From an uncultured Chloroflexia bacterium (GTDB taxonomy: Bacteria > Chloroflexota > Limnocylindria > Limnocylindrales > CSP1-4): a stretch of DNA of 64,000 nt. Location of the stretch: contig OY970218.1 in the NCBI GenBank assembly GCA_963713975.1, forward strand, positions 2,080,001-2,144,000. The letters are read 5' to 3'. Below the pieces are notes generated by a model. That model searched no databases and was not told the DNA's origin. It saw only the letters and a list, made by a program, of their open reading frames with translations. Made by a program: the position numbers and the translations under genes. Positions 19,296-28,511 of this stretch are shown here, in pieces (position 1 is the stretch's first letter; every line of letters starts with the position of its first letter).

Positions 19296-21257
19296 TCAGG
19301 CGGCGACGACGCAGTTCCGCCCTGCCCGCTTGGCCATCGCGAGCGCGGTGTCCGCTCGCCGGATGAGCTCCTCGAGCGACTCTCCGGGACCGTCCGCGGC
19401 CGCACACCCGCTCGACACCGTCACCGCCAGCGAGTGTCCGTTGACGTCATGGATCGCGGTCGCGGCAAGCTTCGTCCTGATCTCCTCGGCGATCCGGGCC
19501 GCGTCGTCGATCGTCGCCCCGAGAAGAATGGCAACGAACTCCTCGCCGCCGTAGCGGGCAACGATGTCGGAGGCCCGGAGCCGGTACCGGAGGACCTCGC
19601 CGAACGCACGCAGTGCCTCGTCGCCGACCTGGTGTCCGTGGCGGTTGTTGAAGTCGCCGAAGAGGTCGAGGTCGAACATGATCACCGCGACAGGCCGGCC
19701 CTCGTTCCAGCCGTCCCGCGCGAGCCGGGCCCCGAGCCCGATCAGGGCCTCGTCGAAGTACCGGCGATTGTGCAGGCCGGTGAGCGCATCGCGGACCGCC
19801 AGCTCGGCCAGGCGCGCCCGCTCGAAGGCCAGCGCCAGTGCGGTGGCAACCCGGTCGGCGACGACCGTGACGGAGGCCAGGTCCCGCTCGTCGAGCCGAC
19901 GGCGATGCTCCACGTTGAGGAGGCCGAACAGCTCGCCGTTGGACAGGAGCGGCACCGCGATCTCGCTCGTCACGCTCGGGTCTGCCCGCAGGAACCCTGG
20001 ATCCGCCGCCACGTCGGGCAGGAATGCCGTCTCGCGGGTGCGCACGACCCTTGCCAGGACGCCGGCGCCGGGGGAGCCGGTGACCTCGAGGACCGGGTGC
20101 TCGTAGCCACGCTGGGCGCCCAGGCGCAGCAGCGTCTCGTCACCGGTGTAGATCGAGGGGTGGGTGTAGCCAAACACGTCGGCCAGGGCATCCACGACCG
20201 ACTGCAGCCCGGTCGCGGTCGGGCCCTCCGCCGCGAGGGTCCGCCCGATCATCTCGATCGCCTGCAGGCGGGTGAGCGCTTCGGCGGCCACGCGGCCGGA
20301 ATCGGCGAGGGAAGCCCGGTCGGCATCCCGCTCTGCCACGATCGCGGCGCCAGCGTCACCGCTGAGAGAGACCAGGGCCACGAAGACGGCGAGGTAGAGC
20401 AGCGTGCTCTCCCGGCTCGTCCCGACGAACGGCCCGATGCCCTGCGCGGTTGCTGCGATGGCGATCGTGGAGAAGATCAGGGCGGCGAGCGCGGTCCCCC
20501 GCGGCCCGATCCGGAAGGCGACCCACACGACCAGAGGGATGATCGGGAAGGCGACGGACTGCCCCGATGACGCGAGGTCGAGCAGGTCGAAGAAGAGCAC
20601 CACCGAGACCCCCGTGACCGCGCCCAGGGCGACGGCCGATTCGATGGGTCTCTGCCGCAGGTTGTCGAACACGGGGGGCGTGAGCCAGGTGAGCAGCACG
20701 GCCCCGATGACCAGGATGGAAAGGGCGTCACCGACCCACCAGCCCACCCAGGCGAGGGGGAGGCTGCCGCCGGCAATCGTCCCCGTGATGGCCAGGCCGG
20801 CAACGCCGATCGTCGCCCCGACCGCGGCCGGCAGCGCAGCGCCGGCGATCGCCAGCAGCGGGATGTCCACGAGGCGATCCAGTTGGGGCCGGAACGACGA
20901 GCGACGAAGCAGCTCGACCGCGAGGACGGCCTCGGCCGTCGCTCCCGTTGCGGCCATGGTGGCGGCCGCCGGCTCGACGTCGCCCGCAAGAGCGGCAAGC
21001 GCGGCCCCCAGCGCGATGCCAGGCCACAGGCGGCGACCGCCCAGATACAGCGCGGCCATCGCGATCCCGGCCGGCGGCCAGACCGGTGACGCGTTCGAGC
21101 CCACGAGGCCGTACGTGCTCCCGATCCGCGCCGCGAGGAAGTACGCGACGGCAAGCAGCATCGTCGCGGCGAGTGCGGACACCCAGGGCGCCCTGGTCGT
21201 CACCCGGTGGAGCCGGTTGCCGAGCCCGCCGCGCTGGAGCCTGCCGATCGATGTCAT
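19296..21257 (-). CDS. MASE1-GAF-GGDEF diguanylate cyclase
   Basis: MASE1 (SPVWPPAGIA, WWVGD), GAF (SEIAVPL), DALTGLHNRR, DLDLF..FN...GH, RASD I-site, ARYGGEEF. Confidence 0.92.
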   Translation of the reverse strand: MTSIGRLQRGGLGNRLHRVTTRAPWVSALAATMLLAVAYFLAARIGSTYGLVGSNASPVWPPAGIAMAALYLGGRRLWPGIALGAALAALAGDVEPAAATMAATGATAEAVLAVELLRRSSFRPQLDRLVDIPLLAIAGAALPAAVGATIGVAGLAITGTIAGGSLPLAWVGWWVGDALSILVIGAVLLTWLTPPVFDNLRQRPIESAVALGAVTGVSVVLFFDLLDLASSGQSVAFPIIPLVVWVAFRIGPRGTALAALIFSTIAIAATAQGIGPFVGTSRESTLLYLAVFVALVSLSGDAGAAIVAERDADRASLADSGRVAAEALTRLQAIEMIGRTLAAEGPTATGLQSVVDALADVFGYTHPSIYTGDETLLRLGAQRGYEHPVLEVTGSPGAGVLARVVRTRETAFLPDVAADPGFLRADPSVTSEIAVPLLSNGELFGLLNVEHRRRLDERDLASVTVVADRVATALALAFERARLAELAVRDALTGLHNRRYFDEALIGLGARLARDGWNEGRPVAVIMFDLDLFGDFNNRHGHQVGDEALRAFGEVLRYRLRASDIVARYGGEEFVAILLGATIDDAARIAEEIRTKLAATAIHDVNGHSLAVTVSSGCAAADGPGESLEELIRRADTALAMAKRAGRNCVVAA

Positions 21258-21826
21258 GACGGCTGCCTGGATGCGGAACCCTCCGCCGTCCATGCTCCGG
21301 CAGGGCTCGGCCGTCCGAGGAGGAAGCCCTGGCCGAGGGCAACACCGAGCGAACGCAGCGTCTCCAGCTCGGCCGCGGTCTCGATCCCCTCGGCGATGAC
21401 CTCCGAGCGGGCGCCGACCGCGAAGTGCGCGAGCCCCCCGACCATCGCCTGTCGGGTCGGGTCGGCGTCGACCTGGCGCACGAGGCTGCAGTCGAGCTTC
21501 AGGTACTGAGGCCGGAGCTCCACGACGTGCCGGAGGCTCGCGAACCCGGATCCCGCGTCGTCGACGGCGAGGCTGACCCGTGGCCCGAGACGGCCGATCG
21601 CCTCGCGGACCGCCCGGTAGTCGTCGATCTGCGTTCGCTCGGTCAGCTCCAGGACGATCCGGCGTCGCTGGTGTCCGAGCAGCCCCACGAGCGTCTCGGT
21701 CGTCTCCAGGAGCACCTTGGGCGAGATGTTCAGGCTGAGCCAGGCCGCTGGCTCGACCCCGGTCTCGCGCCCGTTCACGAGCGTGAGTGACCGTGGCTCC
21801 GAGCCAGGACGAAGTTCGATTGCCAT
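21254..21826 (-). pseudogene. N-terminally truncated EAL domain protein
   Basis: Has LSLNISP, VLELTE, AVDDAGSGFAS, LKLD, IAEGIE, QGFLLGRP but no QP/EAL-R N-terminal segment; stop overlaps the cyclase start (ATGA). Confidence 0.65.
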
Positions 21827-22061
21827 CCGTGACCGTGCTTCCAGCTGCGGGTCCCCGTCGAACGACCGGCGTTCGTCCCCTTGCCCCACAGTCGCGACTG
21901 GGGTGCCCGAGGGCATGCCGTCGGTGCGCGCGGACACCAATCTGATCGTCGGGGGCCGAGCGCGGCCCGCGCACGACCCGGATAGGCCGATCAGGCCGGG
22001 CGATAGTCCTACGTCGCGACCTGGGGACCGCGGTCCGTCGGCGACCCGATAGCATCGGGGC

Positions 22062-23174
22062 ATGGATGCCACGACCGGGCTGCTGTTCGTCGGGGGCCTG
22101 GTCCTGCTCGTTGGTGGGGCGGAGGTCATGGTGCGGGGCGCAAGCCGGCTCGCGAGCGCCCTGGGGGTCAGTCCGCTCGTGGTCGGCCTGACCGTCGTCG
22201 CGTTCGGGACCAGCGCTCCCGAGCTGGCCGTCAGCGTGTCCTCGGCGGTCGGCGGCAGCGCGGACATCGCCGTGGGCAATGTCGTCGGCAGCAATATCGC
22301 CAACGTGCTCCTGGTCCTCGGCCTGGCCGCCATGGTCATGCCGGTCGCGGCCGGGGTTCAGCTCGTCCGCCGCGAGGTGCCGCTCATGATCGCGGCCTCG
22401 ATCGCGCTGTGGCTCATGGCCATCGGCGGCGAGATCACCCGCCTCGAGGGCGTGCTCCTGTGCGTCGGGATCGTCGTCTACACGGTCTTCCTGGTCCGGG
22501 CCAGCCGACGCGAGGCACCGGCCATTCGCGCCGAGTTCTCGGAGGAGTACGGCGCCGGTGCCGGAATGGGGTGGCGCGTCGTGGTCGTGAACCTGGCGCT
22601 CGTCGGGATAGGGCTGGCCATGCTCGTCGTCGGTGCCGACTGGATCGTGGATGGTGCCGTGGCGTTCGCGACGAGCCTCGGGATCCCGGAGCTCATCGTC
22701 GGCCTCACGATCGTCGCCGTCGGGACGTCTCTGCCCGAGATGGCGACATCGGTGCTCGCCGGCATCCGTGGGCACCGCGACATCGCCGTCGGCAATGTGG
22801 TTGGCAGCTGCATCTTCAACGTCCTGATGGTCCTTGGGGCCGCAGCGCTCGTGTCCCCGGAGCCGGTCCCCGTGTCTCCGGCGCTGCTGACCGTGGACCT
22901 GCCCCTCATGGTCGCGGCTGCCGTCGGCTGCCTGCCGATCCTGTACACGGGTCAGATCGTCACCCGGCGCGAGGGCGTGCTCCTGGTCGGCGTCTACGTG
23001 GCATATCTCGCATACCTGGTCCTGCTCGCGATCGAAGCCCCGCGAGCTGGTTTGTTCGGCCAGGTGCTGATGCTGGCGATCGTTCCGCTCACAGGAGTCG
23101 CGCTGGTCTCACTGTCCCTCCGGGAGCGCTCCATGCGCCGGACTGTTTCAGCCGACCCGCAGCCGGGGACCTGA
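22062..23174 (+). CDS. Calcium/sodium antiporter (CaCA, YrbG-like)
   Basis: Duplicated alpha repeats GTSAPE / GTSLPE and GNVVGSN / GNVVGSC. Confidence 0.93.
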   Translation: MDATTGLLFVGGLVLLVGGAEVMVRGASRLASALGVSPLVVGLTVVAFGTSAPELAVSVSSAVGGSADIAVGNVVGSNIANVLLVLGLAAMVMPVAAGVQLVRREVPLMIAASIALWLMAIGGEITRLEGVLLCVGIVVYTVFLVRASRREAPAIRAEFSEEYGAGAGMGWRVVVVNLALVGIGLAMLVVGADWIVDGAVAFATSLGIPELIVGLTIVAVGTSLPEMATSVLAGIRGHRDIAVGNVVGSCIFNVLMVLGAAALVSPEPVPVSPALLTVDLPLMVAAAVGCLPILYTGQIVTRREGVLLVGVYVAYLAYLVLLAIEAPRAGLFGQVLMLAIVPLTGVALVSLSLRERSMRRTVSADPQPGT

Positions 23175-23249
23175 TCGGGGCGAGTCCGACGGGCGACCGG
23201 CCTCACCCAGGTTCGTCCCCGACCGTCCGTTGCCGGCAGGTCCAGCAGC

Positions 23250-23415
23250 GCAGAAGAGCCGGCCGTATGCCTGCTGCTCCATGAGCGTGATCGAGCCCTT
23301 CCGTGCCGCCTGGACCCGACGGATCACCTCGTCGGCGTCCGAAACGGACGCTGTCCGCCGGGATGCCGGAGTGGTCGATCCCGCCGCGGCAGGCGATGGC
23401 GAGCGTCAGCAGACC
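23250..23415 (-). pseudogene. Possible remnant of a Cys-based protein-tyrosine/dual-specificity phosphatase
   Basis: LAIACRGGIDHSG (degenerate CX5R loop) in one frame and DADEVIRRVQAARKGSITLMEQQAY in another; no intact ORF. Confidence 0.4.
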
Positions 23416-23554
23416 CCGATCCCCACCTGGATCACCCCACGCTCGGAGGTGCTGCCGCTGATGCCCACGTGACTCAAGGGCAGGTCATGGGCCGGACCCA
23501 TCGAAGCTCCGCCGACCAGGCCGGTTGACGGCCGATAGGGACGTCGGCCGGCCG

Positions 23555-24175
23555 TCAGCGCTCCGCCTCCAGCTCCCTCGTCGCGACGATGCACAGCCGG
23601 CGCATACCCGCGCAGTCCTGGCGGTTGTGCTCCACCAGGCGATCCCACGCCGCGAGCTGCCGGGGGCTCGGGCGCCCAGCCCGCTCGAGCGTCGCGCGGA
23701 GCGAGGTGAGCGTCGCCCCGACATGCCCAGCTTCCGCGTCGGTGGGGACCTCCCAGCCCACGAGCTCGAGCCAGCTGTACAGGGTGCGTTCCTCCGGCTT
23801 GGCGCCGCCGTGGAGCCGGTTGCGCCAGTACTGCGCCACGCCATACGCGTTCACGTACCGCCCCTCGAACCGTGCGACGAGGTCGGAATCGGCGGCACAG
23901 TCGCGCCGGACGACCTTGAGCTCGTGCTCGGTCCACGCGACGATCGGGACGTCGCGGTGCTCGGCCCGGCGAAGGACGTTGCGGACGGCCTCGAGCAACG
24001 GGAAGTAGCGCGGGACCAGGCCGCCGAACACGGGGTCCGTCACGTCCTGCTGGACGTACGGCCGGGCGCCCCGACCACGGCGGTGGACCCCCAGGAGCAC
24101 GGGCGGCTGGTCCTTGTTGCCCTCGAAGTCGATGTACAACGCCCGAAGGGCATCGGCCGCCGACAGGCGGTCCAT
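23555..24175 (-). CDS. Putative DEDD/RNase H-fold exonuclease (YprB/RNase_H_2-like)
   Basis: LYIDFEG (ExoI-like DxE) and HNRQDC (ExoIII-like). A TTG start overlapping the upstream stop near 24200 is possible. Confidence 0.6.
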   Translation of the reverse strand: MDRLSAADALRALYIDFEGNKDQPPVLLGVHRRGRGARPYVQQDVTDPVFGGLVPRYFPLLEAVRNVLRRAEHRDVPIVAWTEHELKVVRRDCAADSDLVARFEGRYVNAYGVAQYWRNRLHGGAKPEERTLYSWLELVGWEVPTDAEAGHVGATLTSLRATLERAGRPSPRQLAAWDRLVEHNRQDCAGMRRLCIVATRELEAER

Positions 24176-24194
24176 CCTGTGAGTGGCGATGAGG

Positions 24195-24593
24195 TCAGTC
24201 AAAGGACACCATCGGGCCGTTGGGATCCACGTCCCAGAGCTCGCTCGTTGACCGGCATTCCGGGCAGCGGGCAGGGGCGTCGTAGCGGAAGGTCCCGCCA
24301 CACTTGCAGGCCTCCAGCGTCGCCTCCGCAGCGGTGTGGTACTCGCCCCTGGTGAGGGGCTTGCCCGGGTACTCCGCCTGGATCCTGCGGTCCATGTCGC
24401 GGCGAGCCACGGCGTACGGGCCCGGCAGGCCCTTCACGAACCCGAGGTGGATGTCACCCAGGTCCTGGTGGCTGACCGACCGCGTCGCGCCGCAGGTGTC
24501 GCAGTGGAGCAGGTCGAAGAAGAAGCCGCCGCCATCGCTGGACATGAATCGTGCGCCGCACGGCCGGCAGATGAACCCTGATGCACTTCCCAT
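24195..24593 (-). CDS. Hypothetical Zn-binding protein
   Basis: Cys pairs CRPC, CDTC, CKC, CPEC; GGGAGG RBS. Confidence 0.75.
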   Translation of the reverse strand: MGSASGFICRPCGARFMSSDGGGFFFDLLHCDTCGATRSVSHQDLGDIHLGFVKGLPGPYAVARRDMDRRIQAEYPGKPLTRGEYHTAAEATLEACKCGGTFRYDAPARCPECRSTSELWDVDPNGPMVSFD

Positions 24594-24673
24594 GTGTTGC
24601 CTCCCTTGAAGCAGTCGCTCCGTCCGGACCCGTTCCGGCGGTCTTGCTGCAACTGCCTCCTACCCTGTAGTGC

Positions 24674-24764
24674 AGGCTGTCAAGGGGGTGGCAACGTAGT
24701 TGCCCGCGATCCCGGGCGCCCGCGCACGCGAGGGCGCACACGCGCGAACGCCCTTTGACAGCCT
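24674..24764. mobile_element. 91-bp element bounded by 14-bp terminal inverted repeats (MITE-like or IS remnant)
   Basis: AGGCTGTCAAGGGG (24674-24687) and CCCTTTGACAGCCT (24751-24764), 13/14 match as inverted repeat; internal GGCAAC-GTA-GTTGCC hairpin. Confidence 0.4.
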
Positions 24765-24795
24765 AGGTGGCACGGCCCGGGGCGAGGATGGCCCC

Positions 24796-25629
24796 GTGAC
24801 CGAGACCATCGCACCCCCCGACCTGGCGACGCTGCCGCTGCCGGCGCGCGAGAGCCACTCCTCGCTCTCCACCTACGCGGCCTGCCCGCGCCGCTATGCG
24901 TTCCGGTATGTGGAGCACCTGCCGGGCGAGGTGCCGCACTGGTGGTTCACCTTCGGGTCCGCCGTCCACCGCGCCTTCGAGGCGTTCGGCCGGGCGACGA
25001 TGCGTGCCCGGTGTGACGGGACGCCCGATCCAGGCCTGGACGTGCTCGAGCGGACGTTCGGCGAGGCGATCGATGGCGCCGGCCTCGAACCTGACGAGGC
25101 CGCCCGCTACCGCGCCCGCAGCGTGCCCGTCCTGGCGGCCTACCTGGAGCGGGCCTCCATGTCGGACGCGGAGCCCGTCGGGGTGGAGCTCGGCTTCGGC
25201 ATCGACGTCCCGGTGGCCGGTGATGAGCCCACCGTCCGCTTCGTCGGCTATATCGACCGCATCGACCGGCGGCCCGATGGCGCCATCGAGATCATCGACC
25301 ACAAGACCGGGAAGGAGCGATCCCAGGAGGCCGTGAACCGGGATCGCCAGCTCACCGCCTACGCCTTCGCCTGCGCCCGTGGCGGCCTGCGTGACCCCGG
25401 GACCGGGGAGGTCCTGCCGGGAGCCGCGCGCCTCGGGCTCCACTTCGCCGAGACCGGCCACATGGTCTGGACGACCCGGTCGGCGGAGGAGATCGATGCC
25501 TTCGGGGTCCGCCTCGTCGGCGACGTCGGCGCCATCCGCCGGCGGGAGTTCGACCCGAAGCCAGGCACGGCGTGCCGGTGGTGCGAGTACCGCGCGACGT
25601 GCCCGGATGCCGCACCATTGCCGTCATGA
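24796..25629 (+). CDS. PD-(D/E)XK nuclease family protein (RecB/AddB C-terminal-like, Fe-S staple)
   Basis: SHSSL..Y..CPRRY, FGSAVH, E, GYIDRID, IIDHKTG, QL.AY, CRWCEYRATCP. Confidence 0.9.
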   Translation: MTETIAPPDLATLPLPARESHSSLSTYAACPRRYAFRYVEHLPGEVPHWWFTFGSAVHRAFEAFGRATMRARCDGTPDPGLDVLERTFGEAIDGAGLEPDEAARYRARSVPVLAAYLERASMSDAEPVGVELGFGIDVPVAGDEPTVRFVGYIDRIDRRPDGAIEIIDHKTGKERSQEAVNRDRQLTAYAFACARGGLRDPGTGEVLPGAARLGLHFAETGHMVWTTRSAEEIDAFGVRLVGDVGAIRRREFDPKPGTACRWCEYRATCPDAAPLPS

Positions 25630-26318
25630 GCCGTGCCGTGGCAGCCCCGACAGATCGACGCACGTTCCCGCGCGTCCTCGTGCTGGCCCTGCTGCTCGCG
25701 GCGATCGCGGCGGGCACCTTCCCGGCCGCCCAGGCATCGGCGGCGACCAAGGTGTCCGGCACCGCGCTCGCCCTGCTGGGCCGGCTCGCCACGAAGGCGG
25801 AGCACGGCAAGGGCTACGCCCGCAGCAAGTTCCAGCTGTGGATCGATGCGGACCGGGACGGCTGCGACACCCGGGACGAGGTCCTCATCGTGGAGTCGAA
25901 GAGGCCCGTGCGGATCGGATCCGGCTGCCGGATCTATGGGGGGAAGTGGTACTCCGCCTACGACGGCAGGTGGACCACCAACCCGTCCACGTTCGACATC
26001 GACCACGTCGTCGCGCTCAAGGAGGCCTGGGACTCCGGTGCCTGGAAGTGGACCAAGGCGCGCCGCCGGGCCTATGCCAACGACCTCGGCAGCGGCCGCT
26101 CCCTGCGGGCGGTGACCGCCTCCTCCAACCGCTCCAAGTCGGACCGGGACCCGGCGCAGTGGCTCCCGAACCGGGTCTCGTTCCGCTGCACCTACGCCAC
26201 CCAGTGGGTCGCGACCAAGGTTCGCTGGCACCTGGCCGTGAACGCCGCCGAGCGCCGCGCGCTGCACAGGATCCTGAGCTCGTGTCCGGCGAGGACGATC
26301 ACGGTCTCGATCGTCTGA
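25626..26318 (+). CDS. Secreted HNH endonuclease (DUF1524-like)
   Basis: Signal peptide, CDTRDEVL, DIDHVVAL.EAWDSGA, YAND, NRSKSDRDPAQWLP; ATGA overlap with the upstream gene. Confidence 0.9.
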   Translation: MSRAVAAPTDRRTFPRVLVLALLLAAIAAGTFPAAQASAATKVSGTALALLGRLATKAEHGKGYARSKFQLWIDADRDGCDTRDEVLIVESKRPVRIGSGCRIYGGKWYSAYDGRWTTNPSTFDIDHVVALKEAWDSGAWKWTKARRRAYANDLGSGRSLRAVTASSNRSKSDRDPAQWLPNRVSFRCTYATQWVATKVRWHLAVNAAERRALHRILSSCPARTITVSIV

Positions 26319-26363
26319 TCGCGGCGGCCCCGATGGCACGGGAGGGCCCGTGGGTCGCGAGGG

Positions 26364-27239
26364 TCAGGCGCCCGCAAGGACCTCGCGCAGCTTCGCCGCG
26401 AACTCGTCGGGCTTGCCGGCCTGGCCGTATTCGCCGCCCATGAAGCCTCCGTGATCGCCGGGAAACGGCACCGCGGTCGTCCCCAGGCGCTTGGCCACGG
26501 CGACCCCGCCCCGGTGTGCGAGCTGGCCCTCGGACTCGCTCCCGACGGCGATCACGATCCGCGTCGTCGATGCGCGCAGGGCCGCGATGTCCGGCTCGTA
26601 GTGGGTGCAGGTGATGATGTTCTGGAAGAGGAGGGGGTCGGTCCGCGAGCCATCGTCGGCGGCAGGGAGGCCGAACATCGCCGGATCGGGCGTGGGGGCC
26701 GTGGCATCCGCCGGCGTGAGCGGTCCCTGGTGCCCGACGAGGCCGATGAACCGCGCCATGCCCGCGCCGAAGCCGTCCGCCAGGTAGGTGGCGGCGACGG
26801 CCTGCGTGGCCGCGAGGGCAGCCTCCCGGTCGGGGACAAGGCCGGCGAGCGGGGGCTCGTGGGCGACGAGCATGCGCACGTCACCCGGATGCGCCGCCAC
26901 GAGGGCCAACGCATTGACGGCACCGCCGCTGCTCGCGAACAGGTCCACGGGCCCGCCGCCCACGGCACCGATGACCTGGTGGAGGTCGTCCGCGTGCTGC
27001 CCAGGGGTGGACTGGGTGGCGGGATCGTCCTTGACGCTCCGGTCCACGCCTCGCGGGTCATAGGTGACCACCGTCCGGTCCGGGAAGTGGCCGGCAAGGG
27101 TGGCGAAGCCGCCCGCACCCATCGGCGACCCGATCAGGAGCAGCGGCGGCTCGTCGCGACCGCCTTCACGGACGTCGTAGGCGAGCGTGGCGCCGGGGAC
27201 CGCGAGGCTCCTGGTGGCGACCACTGCCTGGACCTTCAC
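26364..27239 (-). CDS. Alpha/beta fold hydrolase
   Basis: TYDPRG, ASSGGA nucleophile elbow, AHEPP, FPGDHGGF. Confidence 0.88.
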   Translation of the reverse strand: MKVQAVVATRSLAVPGATLAYDVREGGRDEPPLLLIGSPMGAGGFATLAGHFPDRTVVTYDPRGVDRSVKDDPATQSTPGQHADDLHQVIGAVGGGPVDLFASSGGAVNALALVAAHPGDVRMLVAHEPPLAGLVPDREAALAATQAVAATYLADGFGAGMARFIGLVGHQGPLTPADATAPTPDPAMFGLPAADDGSRTDPLLFQNIITCTHYEPDIAALRASTTRIVIAVGSESEGQLAHRGGVAVAKRLGTTAVPFPGDHGGFMGGEYGQAGKPDEFAAKLREVLAGA

Positions 27240-27736
27240 GCCGCCATGTCCTCGGCCAGGAGCGCGTCGATCTGGCCGACGGCGAGGGTCAGCCCCTCTT
27301 CCATGCCCATGTTCATGAGCTGCTCGAGGGCTTCGACGGTCGGGAAGCGGCTCTCGATGGACATCCTGGTGCGGCCGGCGCCGATCGGCTCGATCGTGAC
27401 CCGACCTTCCGTGCGCGGGAAGCCGTCGTTCGGCGTGCCGTCGGCATCGGCGAACCCGTCGTGGAAGACGAGTCGGCGAGGCGGGTCCACCTCGAGCACA
27501 TCCCAGTACCCGCGCGGCTGGTCGCCACCTGGGCCCGTCATGTGGTACTCGACCCGGCTGCCCGGGGCGAGGTCGTGGCGCGTGAACGTCGAGGGGTAGG
27601 TGGGCGGACCCCACCAGCGCTCGAGCTGGCGCGGGTCTGCCCAGAGCTGCCAGACGCGCTCGGGTGTCGCGTCGAACTCTGCGGTGAGGGTCATCGTCAG
27701 GGCGGCGGGGTCCTTGTGGACCGCGGTGACCGTCAT
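27236..27736 (-). CDS. SRPBCC/AHSA1 domain protein
   Basis: ERVWQLWADP..LERWWGP, GMEEG; AAGGAG RBS. Confidence 0.9.
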   Translation of the reverse strand: MTVTAVHKDPAALTMTLTAEFDATPERVWQLWADPRQLERWWGPPTYPSTFTRHDLAPGSRVEYHMTGPGGDQPRGYWDVLEVDPPRRLVFHDGFADADGTPNDGFPRTEGRVTIEPIGAGRTRMSIESRFPTVEALEQLMNMGMEEGLTLAVGQIDALLAEDMAA

Positions 27737-28068
27737 CGGGGGGTCTCCTTGCTGGCGGCGATGAGGTCGGTCATCCGGTCGATCCGGCCGCGCCACAACG
27801 CCTCGTACTGGTCAAGCAGGCCCCGTGCCAGCCGCAGGGCCTCGATCTCCGTCCGCACCACCTTGCGGCGGCCGGTGCGCTCCTTGCTGACCAGGCCCGC
27901 CCGCTCGAGCACCGCGACGTGCTTCTGCACCGCCGCGAAGCTCATGGGGTAGTGGCTGGCCAGCTCGGCGATGCCCTCGGTGCCGTTCAGCGCGCGCAAC
28001 ACGATGTCGCGCCGCGTGGCGTCGGCGAGGGCAGCGAAGATGAGGTCGGGCTGGGACGCTGGCTGCAT
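27733..28068 (-). CDS. ArsR/SmtB family regulator
   Basis: FAALADATRRDI, AVQKHVAVLERAGLV; heads an ArsR-SRPBCC-hydrolase operon. Confidence 0.9.
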   Translation of the reverse strand: MQPASQPDLIFAALADATRRDIVLRALNGTEGIAELASHYPMSFAAVQKHVAVLERAGLVSKERTGRRKVVRTEIEALRLARGLLDQYEALWRGRIDRMTDLIAASKETPR

Positions 28069-28071
28069 TGG

Positions 28072-28104
28072 TACAACCTAACGGTTGTATGGCCGGCCTG
28101 TCAA
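28072..28104 (-). promoter_or_regulatory. Sigma70-type promoter of the ArsR operon with overlapping palindromic operator
   Basis: TTGACA (28104-28099), N18, TAGGTT (28080-28075); palindrome TACAACC-TAAC-GGTTGTA at 28072-28089. Confidence 0.7.
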
Positions 28105-28236
28105 GAGCGACCCAGGCGATGCTTCCGACGACCCGGCGAGGCCCAGCAGTGATGTGGACGCCATCGTTGTGGTGGCCGCAGCGGTAGCACGAAGGACACC
28201 CATATCGAGGCAGTTGGCCAGGCGCGGGGCTGGCCC

Positions 28237-28455
28237 GTGTCGGTCGACACAGCCGAAAACCACCACAAGCAGTGCGTCTCGGTTACGAGCGAGAAACCAG
28301 CGACGTTCTGGATCATCTCGCGCGATCGGTCCGACGTGTTCTGGGTGCGCTTCCAGCCATCCGGCGGGTTCGAGCTAGTCTCGATCGGGCTCGATGCGCT
28401 GGATCGGTGCTCCGTCGAGCAGCGAGCAGCTGAGTACGACGCAGCACCGGCTTAG
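28237..28455 (+). CDS. Short hypothetical ORF, possibly a gene remnant
   Basis: Lower-GC ORF with no clear RBS; the frame stays open upstream to 28153. Confidence 0.35.
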   Translation: MSVDTAENHHKQCVSVTSEKPATFWIISRDRSDVFWVRFQPSGGFELVSIGLDALDRCSVEQRAAEYDAAPA

Positions 28456-28511
28456 TGAGGGCCAACGTCGGCCCGCTTGACAAGGGGCCGCCCGGAGGCC
28501 TCCCCGCGCGA

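Noticed and set aside
19296-22775. 1159-aa giant signalling protein in the ORF track
   Set aside because: The N-terminal ~500 aa is an off-frame and antisense read-through over the EAL and antiporter genes; the real start is near 21257.
24796-25629. Cas4 / CRISPR adaptation gene
   Set aside because: It shares the Fe-S PD-(D/E)XK fold, but no cas1/cas2 and no repeat-spacer array were seen anywhere in the window.
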